From positions 32,980-96,979 of the IMG/VR virus record IMGVR_UViG_3300025418_001265: DNA of 64,000 nt. One strand, given 5' to 3'. Positions 19,977 through 29,837 of this stretch are shown in pieces. Position numbers and translations under genes: made by a program. The notes under the pieces were generated by a model that was not told where the DNA came from, did not search any database, and saw only the letters and a list, made by a program, of their open reading frames with translations. Position 1 is the stretch's first letter, and every line of letters starts with the position of its first letter. Source of the DNA: a virus.

Positions 19977-22900
19977 TTAAACTAAATTCCACACACCATT
20001 AATGTATATTACTGAAACCGTTTCAAACGGAGATGTAATTTGATCAAAAGTAGCACCGTCAATTAAATCCGGCGGGGTAGCGGATATTGTTATCGCAAAC
20101 GTTGTATTATTAGCGTATCCAAGCATATCTTTAATTGTAAACGTCTTGCCTGGAGTACCGACTGGCAATACAACTGTTGAAGTACCACTATACCTTACAC
20201 CAATAAAGTAATCTTGTGCAGAGGCAGCATAATAATTGTTTGTTATTTGAACTGCTGGCACTGTTGAGTTTAGAGCAGAATCGCTCGTGTTTAATATACC
20301 TCGTTCATTAACAACCACACCAACGTTTGAAGTAATGGCACGCATTACTGGTTTGGATACTGTTCCAAACGCACTTGGAGAATATGTCGCTAAGGCACCT
20401 GCAACAACTTCACTTAAGAAATAACATTCGCCTGGATTTAATGTAACGGTATTATCAAATGTAATTAAACCATTATATACTACGTAAAAGTTGTAAGGTG
20501 TAGCAGATTGTACAATACCGGTTGCTTCGGCATTAACAACATTATTAGCCTGAGCTAAGAACCAGCCGCTTGAACCATTATCAAGTCTTACTACCTGGCC
20601 AGCACTAAAAGTATTGCTATATGTTATTAGTTGACTGGAAATATTAACAGGTGAACCACTATAACCGCTAAAGCCAGAATAGCCTGACCAACCAGATTCA
20701 CCGGAATAACCTACAGCACCGCTAAAGCCAGAATAGCCTGACCAACCGCTTATACCGCTGTAGCCATCTAAACCGCTATAACCAGAAATACCGGAAGCAC
20801 CTGAAAAACCGCTATAGCCAGAATAACCTGTTATACCGCTAAAACCAGAAGTGCCTGAGGTACCACTAAAACCAGAGGTACCGGAGTCGCCTTTTACTTG
20901 GCCAACATTAGTCCAAACACCGCCTGCATATACCCATAAATCACCAGATGTTTCATCGATAACCCCGTTACCGTCAACTGCTAAAGGGAAAGCTGCACTT
21001 AATGTTACTTGTGGGTCGTTAGGCGGGTTAACATATGCATTAGGTACTGTACCAATAATAGTAACTGAGGAACCATTAACACCTGAATAACCAGATATAC
21101 CTACGTCGCCTTGTGCACCTTGCGCGCCGACATCTCCCTGTGCGCCTTGAGCGCCCTGGAAGCCTTGATCTCCTTGCGCACCTTGTGGACCAATGTCACC
21201 TTGGAAGCCTTGTGGACCAAAATCTCCCTGAGCGCCTTGTGGTCCGAAATCGCCTTGTGCACCTTGATAACCTTGAAAACCTTGAGGTCCTGTGTCACCT
21301 TGCGCGCCTTGAGGTCCTACATCGCCTTGGGAACCTTGTGCACCTCGTGGACCGAAACCTGAATAACCAGATACACCGGAACCACTAAAACCACTATAAC
21401 CAGATGTACCTGTAAAACCGCTATAACCAGAAATACCAGAATCTCCACTAAAGCCTGAAATGCCGCTAAAGCCGGAATAACCTGACTCACCGGAATAACC
21501 GCTTATACCAGAATAACCACTATAGCCGGAAATGCCACTATTGCCAGACCAGCCCGATATACCAGAATAACCAGATACACCAGTATAACCGCTTATACCT
21601 GAAAAACCAGATATACCACTATAACCAGAGTAACCAGAAATACCTGAATAACCGCTAGCGCCTGTATAACCGCTTATACCAGTATAACCGCTGTAGCCTG
21701 AAATACCAGACCAGCCAGATTCACCACTAAAGCCTGAATAACCGCTTAAACCAGAATAACCTGATATACCACTAAAGCCAGAGTAGCCCGATGTACCAGT
21801 AAAACCTGAATAGCCCGAAATACCGCTAAAGCCTGATATACCACTTGCACCACTGTAACCCGAGATACCAGAAAAACCGCTATAACCAGAAATACCTGTA
21901 AAGCCTGATACACCGCTAAAGCCAGAATAGCCCGATGTACCAGTAAAGCCTGAATAACCGCTTATACCTGTATAACCACTAATACCAGAGAAACCTGAAA
22001 TACCGGTATAGCCGCTTATGCCGCTAGCACCGGAATAGCCTGAAGTACCTTGTGCACCAGACCAACCAGAGGTACCAGAGTCACCTTTTATTTGACCAAC
22101 ATCAGTCCAAGTTGTGCCGCTATATACCCATAAATTACCAGTAGTTTCGTCTATAACACCATTACCAGCTACTGCACCAGGAAATGCTGCATTTAAAGTA
22201 GCTTGTGGGTTACCGCCAACAGTTGGTACCGTACCAATAATAGTAACTGAAGTACCGTTTTTACCAGAGTAACCTGATGTACCTACATAACCACTATAAC
22301 CAGAAATACCTGTAAAACCACTTATACCACTAAAACCAGATATACCGGTGTAGCCTGAAATACCACTAAAGCCGCTATAACCTGAAATACCAGTATAACC
22401 ACTTATACCGCTGAAACCAGATATACCTGTATAACCGCTAATGCCTGTAAAGCCTGAGTAACCAGATGTACCAGAATAACCTGATATACCAGTATAACCA
22501 GATGTACCCGTAAAGCCTGAATAACCGCTTATACCAGTAAAACCGCTAATGCCACTAAAACCAGATATACCACTAAAGCCAGAGTAACCAGAAATACCAC
22601 TAAAGCCAGATATACCACTATAGCCGGTGTAACCACTAATACCGGTGTAACCGCTCGCACCAGAGTAACCGCTAATACCAGTGAAGCCGGAATAACCACT
22701 AAAGCCTGAATAACCTGAAGTACCTGTAAAACCACTATAACCGGAAATACCAGAATCTCCACTAAAGCCGCTAATACCTGAGAAACCAGAATAGCTACTA
22801 TAACCGGAATAACCACTTATACCGCTAAAACCAGAAGCACCGGAATAGCCAGATACACCAGAACCACTAAAACCGGAATAACCTGAAATACCGCTATAAC

Positions 22901-24056
22901 CTATATAACCAGAGTAACCACTAAAACCTGTGAAACCGCTAATACCAGAATAACCAATTGGACCGCTATAACCTGAAATACCAGAGAAACCAGAATAACC
23001 AGAAGTACCTATACCACTGAAACCAGAATAACCTGAAGTACCAGAAGCACCGTCTTTACCAAAAGGTAGGTTAGTTACTATTCTACTATAGTGCTCGGTA
23101 CCGAGATAATAATATGCAACGTTTACACCACCACCAGCATTCGGATCAGACATATCAGTTGTCTGAGCATAAATGTCAATCTTAATTCTATCGTTAACAT
23201 CTAATGGTATAGGTTCACTAATATAATACTGTGTTCTACTAAACAGTATTTGTGCACCATAGGTTCTAGTTAATGGATCGCTAGTTACCGAAAATAATTG
23301 AGTAGCTGTAACATTATCAGCAGACAATTTGCTTACTACATATGTTAAATATGTATTTGCTGAAGCGCCTGGACCATAACAGCTATAATACGAATCAAAG
23401 TACCAACTACCTGAGTCAATTAATGACCTACCAGGAAAACCAGAAAGGGTAATTGTTTTGGTAATTGGTACTGGGTTTAATGGCTGATTAAAAAACCCTG
23501 AATCGTCTTCTGTTTCGTCTCCTATTTCTCCAGTAGGTTCAGAAAGTACTACATAACCAGGAAATTCAGAAGGTATATTAGTAGGGTAAAGAACTAAACC
23601 GATAACCGATTGACCAGAATAACCAGACTCCCCACTATAACCAGATAAACCAGAATCCCCACTAAAACCGCTTATACCTGACGCGCCAGATGTACCGCTA
23701 AAACCAGAATAACCAGAAATACCTGTATCGCCGGAATAACCACTAATGCCGCTAAAACCAGATTGACCATCAATACCAGAATAACCAGAATAACCTGAAG
23801 CAGCTGCAATACCAGGTAAACCAGAGTAACCAGACATACCGGTTGCACCACTATAACCAGATTGTCCTTGAGGGCCTACATCACCTTGCGCACCTTGAGG
23901 TCCTTGAGCGGATACAGCAGAAACTGCAACTGAATACGTAGAAAATGTACCGTCTGGGTTTTGTTGTTCAAGAAACAGCAGATCCTGAGGAAGTATCACG
24001 CCTGCTGCTGACAGCTCGTGTGGATAGACTATTGACGGGTAACTAGTATCAGCCAT
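19977..24056 (-). CDS. Long G-[Y/F/I]-[S/T] repeat fibre, paralog of 16689..19919
   Basis: Same central and C-terminal domains; two SVTIIGTVP...GVIDET.G.LWVY knob inserts; a GPQGAQGD segment. Confidence 0.8.
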   Translation of the reverse strand: MADTSYPSIVYPHELSAAGVILPQDLLFLEQQNPDGTFSTYSVAVSAVSAQGPQGAQGDVGPQGQSGYSGATGMSGYSGLPGIAAASGYSGYSGIDGQSGFSGISGYSGDTGISGYSGFSGTSGASGISGFSGDSGLSGYSGESGYSGQSVIGLVLYPTNIPSEFPGYVVLSEPTGEIGDETEDDSGFFNQPLNPVPITKTITLSGFPGRSLIDSGSWYFDSYYSCYGPGASANTYLTYVVSKLSADNVTATQLFSVTSDPLTRTYGAQILFSRTQYYISEPIPLDVNDRIKIDIYAQTTDMSDPNAGGGVNVAYYYLGTEHYSRIVTNLPFGKDGASGTSGYSGFSGIGTSGYSGFSGISGYSGPIGYSGISGFTGFSGYSGYIGYSGISGYSGFSGSGVSGYSGASGFSGISGYSGYSSYSGFSGISGFSGDSGISGYSGFTGTSGYSGFSGYSGFTGISGYSGASGYTGISGYTGYSGISGFSGISGYSGFSGISGFSGISGFTGISGYSGFTGTSGYTGISGYSGTSGYSGFTGISGYTGISGFSGISGYTGISGYSGFSGISGYTGISGFSGISGFTGISGYSGYVGTSGYSGKNGTSVTIIGTVPTVGGNPQATLNAAFPGAVAGNGVIDETTGNLWVYSGTTWTDVGQIKGDSGTSGWSGAQGTSGYSGASGISGYTGISGFSGISGYTGISGYSGFTGTSGYSGFSGVSGFTGISGYSGFSGISGYSGASGISGFSGISGYSGFTGTSGYSGFSGISGYSGLSGYSGFSGESGWSGISGYSGYTGISGYTGASGYSGISGYSGYSGISGFSGISGYTGVSGYSGISGWSGNSGISGYSGYSGISGYSGESGYSGFSGISGFSGDSGISGYSGFTGTSGYSGFSGSGVSGYSGFGPRGAQGSQGDVGPQGAQGDTGPQGFQGYQGAQGDFGPQGAQGDFGPQGFQGDIGPQGAQGDQGFQGAQGAQGDVGAQGAQGDVGISGYSGVNGSSVTIIGTVPNAYVNPPNDPQVTLSAAFPLAVDGNGVIDETSGDLWVYAGGVWTNVGQVKGDSGTSGFSGTSGTSGFSGITGYSGYSGFSGASGISGYSGLDGYSGISGWSGYSGFSGAVGYSGESGWSGYSGFSGYSGSPVNISSQLITYSNTFSAGQVVRLDNGSSGWFLAQANNVVNAEATGIVQSATPYNFYVVYNGLITFDNTVTLNPGECYFLSEVVAGALATYSPSAFGTVSKPVMRAITSNVGVVVNERGILNTSDSALNSTVPAVQITNNYYAASAQDYFIGVRYSGTSTVVLPVGTPGKTFTIKDMLGYANNTTFAITISATPPDLIDGATFDQITSPFETVSVIYINGVWNLV

Positions 24057-24066
24057 ATTCTATTAC

Positions 24067-25095
24067 TTAGTTGTTAGGGCTGCGAAGTCCGAAATAACCT
24101 AGATTTACTCCATTAGTTTCTGCAGCTAGTGCACTAGCGGTAGGTGTATGCATACCACCACCAGCATATAGATTTACTAAAGTTATATTGCTATCGTAAG
24201 CACCATATACTCCTGTGTCTGGGTTACCGGTTACCCCGCTGTAACCGCTATAACTTAAATATCCAGATAATGGTGCGTTATGATTAGCTGTATAATCGTA
24301 AACATTATTTCTAGTGTATTTGTCAACGTTCTGAAAATAATTCTTTTCGTTTCTATTTTCAATAACTCTAGCATTATTATTACCATTAATTGTAGCAGCA
24401 AGAGGTACTGGGCCGGCAACTTTATTGTCGAATACTTGTTGGCTGAGATTTTCTCTAGGAGATTGTGGTTCGTAGGTATAATCAAAGCGCTTACCTCTTA
24501 CCATCCATATATAATGACCGAGTAATTGATTGTTTTGCCCTGAACCAGATTGATCTACACGTTCTGTTATTTCATATATCTGTCCAGATCTACCGTTTGG
24601 ACGGGTAGTACCATATTCATATAACTCTATAAGATCACCTGCTTTAGGTTCAAATGTATATCTACTTGCAACTGAACTTAATGCAGAACTTGACATAGTA
24701 CTTGTAAATGTTTTAATAGCAACAATAGCTGTAAGATCTGCTGTACCTTGTATACCGAATTTACTTAATATAATACTGTCATTATTAAGAGTTACTGCCA
24801 TTACAATTGGTATGGGTGGTAAATACCCAGCTAAAGGCTGTTCACCATAGAAAAAGTCGTGACCGGAAAGAGTGTATTGATTAACGTAATAATTTACGTT
24901 CATTCCGTATTGGTTTATTTGTTCAGCCCACCAATTATTAAATAGTTGGATTTGACTAGCATTATTTGTAACATCTAAATAACGTATTGGTCCGATCGCG
25001 CACTCATAACCCCCGGGTACGTTTGTACCAACTGGATATGCTGTTCCTGGTGCAATATATGGACCGGTATCTACACAATACTGAGCTATTGACAT
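24067..25095 (-). CDS. gp14: Neck/head-completion protein (T4 gp14-like)
   Basis: EQINQYGMNVNYY...FYGEQP...LSKFGI...PKAGDLI...YEITE motifs; start moved to ATG 25095, which has TAAATA 5 nt upstream. Confidence 0.75.
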   Translation of the reverse strand: MSIAQYCVDTGPYIAPGTAYPVGTNVPGGYECAIGPIRYLDVTNNASQIQLFNNWWAEQINQYGMNVNYYVNQYTLSGHDFFYGEQPLAGYLPPIPIVMAVTLNNDSIILSKFGIQGTADLTAIVAIKTFTSTMSSSALSSVASRYTFEPKAGDLIELYEYGTTRPNGRSGQIYEITERVDQSGSGQNNQLLGHYIWMVRGKRFDYTYEPQSPRENLSQQVFDNKVAGPVPLAATINGNNNARVIENRNEKNYFQNVDKYTRNNVYDYTANHNAPLSGYLSYSGYSGVTGNPDTGVYGAYDSNITLVNLYAGGGMHTPTASALAAETNGVNLGYFGLRSPNN

Positions 25096-25150
25096 AAAAA
25101 TATTTACAATATCTATAGAATTAATCAGCATTATACTAAATAATATTACA

Positions 25151-26161
25151 ATGAGTAAGATAAAGAGTTTATCCGAGTTGGGTGATTTGTATGGCACGAT
25201 TCAAGAATCTGCTGTCAACCAGCCTGCAATTGATATGGGCAATAATATGCCTGATATCCTTTTAACAGATGCTACACAATATGTACCAGCTGGAAAAGCC
25301 CCTAAAACAGGTTCTGCTTTCGGTAAAGAAGACGGTATTGAAGAAGTAGCTAAAGGCACGGGTCCAGAAGCTGCGGATAACTTTGATAAGAAACTTGCTA
25401 AAGAAGCTGATCTTACAAAAGCTGGTGAAGCTACAAAGGGTGTAGCTAAAGAAACTAAAAAGGAAACTAAAGAAAAGAGGGAAGCTCTTCCTGATAAAGA
25501 AGAAAAAGTAGAAGAGACTGTAGATTCTGCTTCGAAAACTCCTAAATATAAGAAACAACAATTTATTATGCCTAAATCAAAATTCCAACAATTGTATGAG
25601 GACGCAATGCAAAAAGGTCCTTTCGTTAAAGAAGAAGAAGAAATGGCTCCTATCGCCCCTGCAGCAGATGATACTAGTGCAGAGATCGATGCTGAACCAA
25701 CTGGTACAGAAGAGAAGCCTTTGACCCACGAAGAGATTATCGAAATGCTTGAAAAAGCACTAGAAGCTCTTAAGAAGCACGCTGGTTATGAAGATACCCA
25801 CGGTGGTAAAGACATCAGCGCTGGTGGAGAAGAAGAAACAGCTCATATGGAAGACTCTTCCGAAGAAGAAGAGGAAGAAGAAGAATCAGCAATGGAAGAA
25901 GCTGTTGATGCTGAAGATCTAGGTCACCCACTTGAAGGTGCTAAATCAGAAGAGCTCAAAGATGGTCACAAGATTCATAAAGTCGGTGGTTCAGGTGTAA
26001 CTAAAGTTAAAGGCGCTGCTTCAGAGCAGGGCGCTAACTTTAAGAACGAGCCAGCTCCTAAGAAAGAAAAAGAATCAGCTCATCTTAAAGACGGACATAA
26101 ACTTCACACAGTCGGTAGCTTAAAGCCAACTAAGGGTGAAGAAAATATGTTCACACAATAA
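25151..26161 (+). CDS. Acidic, low-complexity late protein (possible prohead core/internal protein)
   Basis: E/K-rich; duplicated LKDGHK.H.VG motif; TAAATA at 25137-25142; terminator downstream. Confidence 0.55.
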   Translation: MSKIKSLSELGDLYGTIQESAVNQPAIDMGNNMPDILLTDATQYVPAGKAPKTGSAFGKEDGIEEVAKGTGPEAADNFDKKLAKEADLTKAGEATKGVAKETKKETKEKREALPDKEEKVEETVDSASKTPKYKKQQFIMPKSKFQQLYEDAMQKGPFVKEEEEMAPIAPAADDTSAEIDAEPTGTEEKPLTHEEIIEMLEKALEALKKHAGYEDTHGGKDISAGGEEETAHMEDSSEEEEEEEESAMEEAVDAEDLGHPLEGAKSEELKDGHKIHKVGGSGVTKVKGAASEQGANFKNEPAPKKEKESAHLKDGHKLHTVGSLKPTKGEENMFTQ

Positions 26162-26199
26162 GTTTTTAGGCATAACTTAATTCGGAGTTAAATTCTCCT

Positions 26200-26226
26200 A
26201 AAACCCGCTGCAAAGCGGGTTTTTTT
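26200..26226. terminator. Intrinsic terminator between convergent genes
   Basis: AAAACCCGCT-GCAA-AGCGGGTTTTTTT. Confidence 0.85.
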
Positions 26227-27997
26227 ATCTTAGAAACCTGTTACCTAAGATACTTGGTACGGTTGTACCAGGATAACGCCATCCCTGTTCGTGTAATTCA
26301 TCTAGGTCAGAGTTAACCTGATCATTTGGTTTATTACCAATAAAGACAGGATTGTACGGTACTATGTTTTCTTCTTTTTCTGTACCAAACTTTCTATACA
26401 TTTCAGATGGCTTTGGAAAACTCACTACAAAAGGGTCCCAGTTGTTAGGTAACATTTTTAACGGTCTACCATTAGCATCTTGCTGAGTTACTTCATAGAA
26501 TTGTTCTACTACTTTAGGTTCTAATATAAACATTGCCCATATAAGAGCTTCTACTCTATCGTCCAAATACTTATCTGATTGTTTCTTCCACACCCCGTTA
26601 TCTTGACGTATGTATGTTTTAAATTCGTTTATAGTTTCCTTATCGTATAGTTTAACGCAGCGCAATACGTTCATCCAATAACGAAAATTGGACATTGAAT
26701 TAAACTTACTATTAGTATGAGCGTAAACACCTAAGCGATTATCCTTTTCAGCTTTTTCAGTGAACGAACCCATACTTGGAGTATACTTTACTATATTAGG
26801 ATATTGATGAGTATTAACTAAAGCATCTATAACAGATGCACCGCAATTATTGCGTTCAATTAGCAACGGTGGGTTACCCCATTGACCGGCTATTTCTAAT
26901 AATTTCCCAGCAAAATTAAACGGGTCTAGTTTATTATTAGCATATGTAGCGACCTGTTCTATGTTAGTTAAATCTGTTACATCTACTACCTGTATAACAG
27001 AGTTAGCTCTACCAATACCTTCTCCAACGTCAACACCTATACTATAGAAGTGTCCGTCGATATGATCTTTGTATATTTTAAATGTATTTTCATCATCTAC
27101 AAACACAGGTTCCGGTGCATTAGCAGCGAGTTCATCTAACTGGTCTTTATCGAATATGTTTTCACCAGCCGCTCTAAACTCATTACCATATTCTTGATTA
27201 AAAGCTTCCACAGAACCTAGCGCTCTTGCAGTCATTTCTTTCCATTGTTCATCTCTACCAGGTACCTCCCACCAGTCTACTCTTTCACTATGCCAGCCGT
27301 TTTTATTTGCAACTGCATCTGTGTATGTGTTAAAAAATAAATTGCCTACACCGTTAGGGGTAGATAGCATAAAAATTTTTGATTTTTTAGAAGACGAAAT
27401 AACAGGAAATACCGATTCCCAAAAGTCGTCCATAAACTCTGGTGGAATAAAGGCGGCTTCGTCTATGAGTAGACAATTAATAGACTCACCTCTGGCAGCA
27501 TCAGATGTCGTAGTACTAATACCAATTGAACTACCATTAGCTAGTACTAAGCCTGTTTTAGCATATTCTATTACACCAGGCTTCATATAATTGGGTAACA
27601 TTTCATATGCTAAACGAATACGTTTAAATATATTAATAGCAGTGCCTTCTTTATTAGCAATTAATAGTACTCGAAAATCGTCTTGGAAGCAAACCATCCA
27701 CAAAGCAAATATAGTTAAAATGGTAGTTTTACCAATTTGACGGCTTGCTAACACAACGTTAAATCTATTTTCTACTAGGGCTTTTAATATACGTTTTTGG
27801 TAAGGGTAAAGTTTAATTGGTTGTTTGCCTTCGTCTAGATTAACAATATAAAAGAAACGAGAGAAGTGTAATATAGATTTGCGAGCTCTTTCTAGATCTT
27901 CCACCATTTCTGGTGTCCAGTTAAATTGTGTTTCTGGAACAGGTAAGTTCTTATTACCTAAGTAGAACGTTGTCTGATCTTTTTTTGCCCGTGGCAT
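26225..27997 (-). CDS. gp17: Terminase large subunit (T4 gp17-like)
   Basis: LYPYQ, ASRQIGKT Walker A, LLIDEAAF Walker B, STPNG, nuclease GVDVGEG and DDRV. Confidence 0.95.
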   Translation of the reverse strand: MPRAKKDQTTFYLGNKNLPVPETQFNWTPEMVEDLERARKSILHFSRFFYIVNLDEGKQPIKLYPYQKRILKALVENRFNVVLASRQIGKTTILTIFALWMVCFQDDFRVLLIANKEGTAINIFKRIRLAYEMLPNYMKPGVIEYAKTGLVLANGSSIGISTTTSDAARGESINCLLIDEAAFIPPEFMDDFWESVFPVISSSKKSKIFMLSTPNGVGNLFFNTYTDAVANKNGWHSERVDWWEVPGRDEQWKEMTARALGSVEAFNQEYGNEFRAAGENIFDKDQLDELAANAPEPVFVDDENTFKIYKDHIDGHFYSIGVDVGEGIGRANSVIQVVDVTDLTNIEQVATYANNKLDPFNFAGKLLEIAGQWGNPPLLIERNNCGASVIDALVNTHQYPNIVKYTPSMGSFTEKAEKDNRLGVYAHTNSKFNSMSNFRYWMNVLRCVKLYDKETINEFKTYIRQDNGVWKKQSDKYLDDRVEALIWAMFILEPKVVEQFYEVTQQDANGRPLKMLPNNWDPFVVSFPKPSEMYRKFGTEKEENIVPYNPVFIGNKPNDQVNSDLDELHEQGWRYPGTTVPSILGNRFLR

Positions 27998-28002
27998 ACT
28001 AA

Positions 28003-28008
28003 TACTTA
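28003..28008 (-). promoter_or_regulatory. Late-promoter motif TAAGTA
   Basis: TATAAGTA-ttagt-ATG of terminase. Confidence 0.6.
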
Positions 28009-28041
28009 TATGGATATTTTATAAATCCAATATAAATCACA

Positions 28042-28740
28042 GTGATGAATGGCTTATCACTTACCGGAAACAAGTTTAACACTGAAGGTTATTGGCGTAC
28101 GCCTTTATTAAATTATATTGATATTAGGTTTACACACGGCCCTAATCCAGTTTATCCTGGGCCAGAGTTCTTAGAATTATTTGATCAAGAAGGGTACGTA
28201 ATAACGAGACTAGAGCAAAACTATGCGGAAGTTAATGGTACCCAGCTAGACTTACATTATAAAGATCAGCATTGTATAAAGAGAAAATGGATGGTACAGG
28301 ATGAAGCGTATATTAAAAAAGAAGGCGTATTTACCGGGGCTTGTCTTAACCATAGTCTATTTCTTGAACGTAGAGGCTTTGCTGATAAAGCTTTAGAACA
28401 ACTTAAAGAGTGGGCTGTATGGAACACTCAAATGTATAAGCTTATTAATTTAAAACCAAAATGGGGTATAGACTTTTCAATAGACTACACTGATAAAGAA
28501 GGTAACGCTATTGAAGTAATACATTACGAGCACGATGAGTTTAGCCTTGATGCTATAGAAGAACGTAGAAATGAAGTAGAAGGTAAGTTTTTAAACACGG
28601 ATTGGAATGATTTTGCTATTGAAATCTTAAAACGAAAAGACGAATGGATAAATCTAGATTTATTTGCACAAGGTGACTGGAAGTGTGCGTATTTAGGCAT
28701 AAAAACAGACAGTCAGAAAATGATATCCTGGGCAGTTTAA
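28042..28740 (+). CDS. Hypothetical phage protein
   Basis: 232-aa ORF divergent from terminase; FDQEGY..T.LEQ and PKWGIDFSIDY motifs. Confidence 0.7.
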   Translation: MMNGLSLTGNKFNTEGYWRTPLLNYIDIRFTHGPNPVYPGPEFLELFDQEGYVITRLEQNYAEVNGTQLDLHYKDQHCIKRKWMVQDEAYIKKEGVFTGACLNHSLFLERRGFADKALEQLKEWAVWNTQMYKLINLKPKWGIDFSIDYTDKEGNAIEVIHYEHDEFSLDAIEERRNEVEGKFLNTDWNDFAIEILKRKDEWINLDLFAQGDWKCAYLGIKTDSQKMISWAV

Positions 28741-28769
28741 GTTGATTATTATGTAAATATCTACATAGT

Positions 28770-29837
28770 ATGTTACAAACCGATAGCAGTCTCACATTTC
28801 AGTATCACGACGAACTCAATCCGTTGATATGGGAACAGGGTGTACTTAAACCTGAAATAAAAGAAAAGCTGCTACAAACTGCAGAAGCATTTCTCGAAAC
28901 TGTAGAAATACCAGTTGACGTAGAAGATATAACCTTGACTGGTTCTTTGGCTAATTACAATTACACTAATTACAGCGATTTTGACTTACATATTATAACA
29001 GATTGTAGAGAGTACAATATTAATAAAGATATACTCAAAGATTATTTTAAAGCTAAAAAAACAGTCTGGAACAGCTCTCACGAAATAAAAATCAAAGGCT
29101 ACGATGTTGAGGTCTACATACAAGACATTTTAGAGCCTCATCATTCTTCAGGTGTATATTCTATTAAAAACAATGAATGGCTAGTTAAACCGGTTAAAGC
29201 TGAACACGTTGATAAAAAAGCTATACTTAAAAAAGTAGAAGCTATGAAACAAATGATCGATCACGCATTAAGCGATGATTGTGACTTAGAGTGTGCAGAA
29301 ATGGTGAAATCGAAGTTATTAAAAATGAGACAGGCCGGACTAGAAAAAGACGGAGAGTTCTCTGCGGAAAACTTAGCTTTTAAAGAGCTAAGAAGATCTA
29401 AAGATTTAGAAAGATTAATATTAGGTGTAATTGCTAAAAAAGATAAAGAACTGTCCTTAAACCAGGAGAGTACATTTAAAAACTATTTTAGTATGCCTGG
29501 TATACAAAAAAGCGGTAAGGGTAGTCGCGGTCCTAGACACCAAGGGGTGACGGCTGGTTTAAGTAAGCTTGCAAAAGCTAATACAAAATCAGTCAATGTA
29601 GTCGCTAAAGTACATAGCGGAATGGAGACGCCTTTTCACGAAATTGAGAATCTAAAAAAGAAACCTCAAGGTAAAACTTATATTACACCTCAACTAGCTC
29701 ATACTATTACCGGTCATTACAATATGAATATAGATAAGGTCAGTAACGGAGAACCACGCGGTTTAAGCACTAGTGGTATCAAGATCGGTTACGATCCTGT
29801 TGTAAAAAAATACTATTTAATTAAAAATAAAAAATAA
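28770..29837 (+). CDS. Nucleotidyltransferase-superfamily protein
   Basis: LTGSLANYNY...SDFDLH (hG[S]x9-13DxD) plus VEVYIQD; basic C-terminal extension. Confidence 0.75.
   Translation: MLQTDSSLTFQYHDELNPLIWEQGVLKPEIKEKLLQTAEAFLETVEIPVDVEDITLTGSLANYNYTNYSDFDLHIITDCREYNINKDILKDYFKAKKTVWNSSHEIKIKGYDVEVYIQDILEPHHSSGVYSIKNNEWLVKPVKAEHVDKKAILKKVEAMKQMIDHALSDDCDLECAEMVKSKLLKMRQAGLEKDGEFSAENLAFKELRRSKDLERLILGVIAKKDKELSLNQESTFKNYFSMPGIQKSGKGSRGPRHQGVTAGLSKLAKANTKSVNVVAKVHSGMETPFHEIENLKKKPQGKTYITPQLAHTITGHYNMNIDKVSNGEPRGLSTSGIKIGYDPVVKKYYLIKNKK

Noticed and set aside
1967-22816. Many short alternative-frame ORFs (VLVV/LKVL-rich, or antisense) inside fibre genes
   Set aside because: Shadow frames produced by the periodic Gly-X-Y codons; no independent start signals
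16689-24056. CRISPR array or DGR-like repeats
   Set aside because: 9-nt periodic coding repeats without unique spacers; no cas or reverse transcriptase gene; no adenine-specific TR/VR pair seen
25096-25197. Hydrophobic N-terminal extension of gp14 resembling a signal peptide
   Set aside because: Overlaps the divergent gene and its promoter region; the motif-supported start is 25095
26225-27997. Intein or intron in terminase (also checked sheath and helicase)
   Set aside because: Lengths are ordinary, motifs are contiguous, and no splice or homing-endonuclease signatures are present
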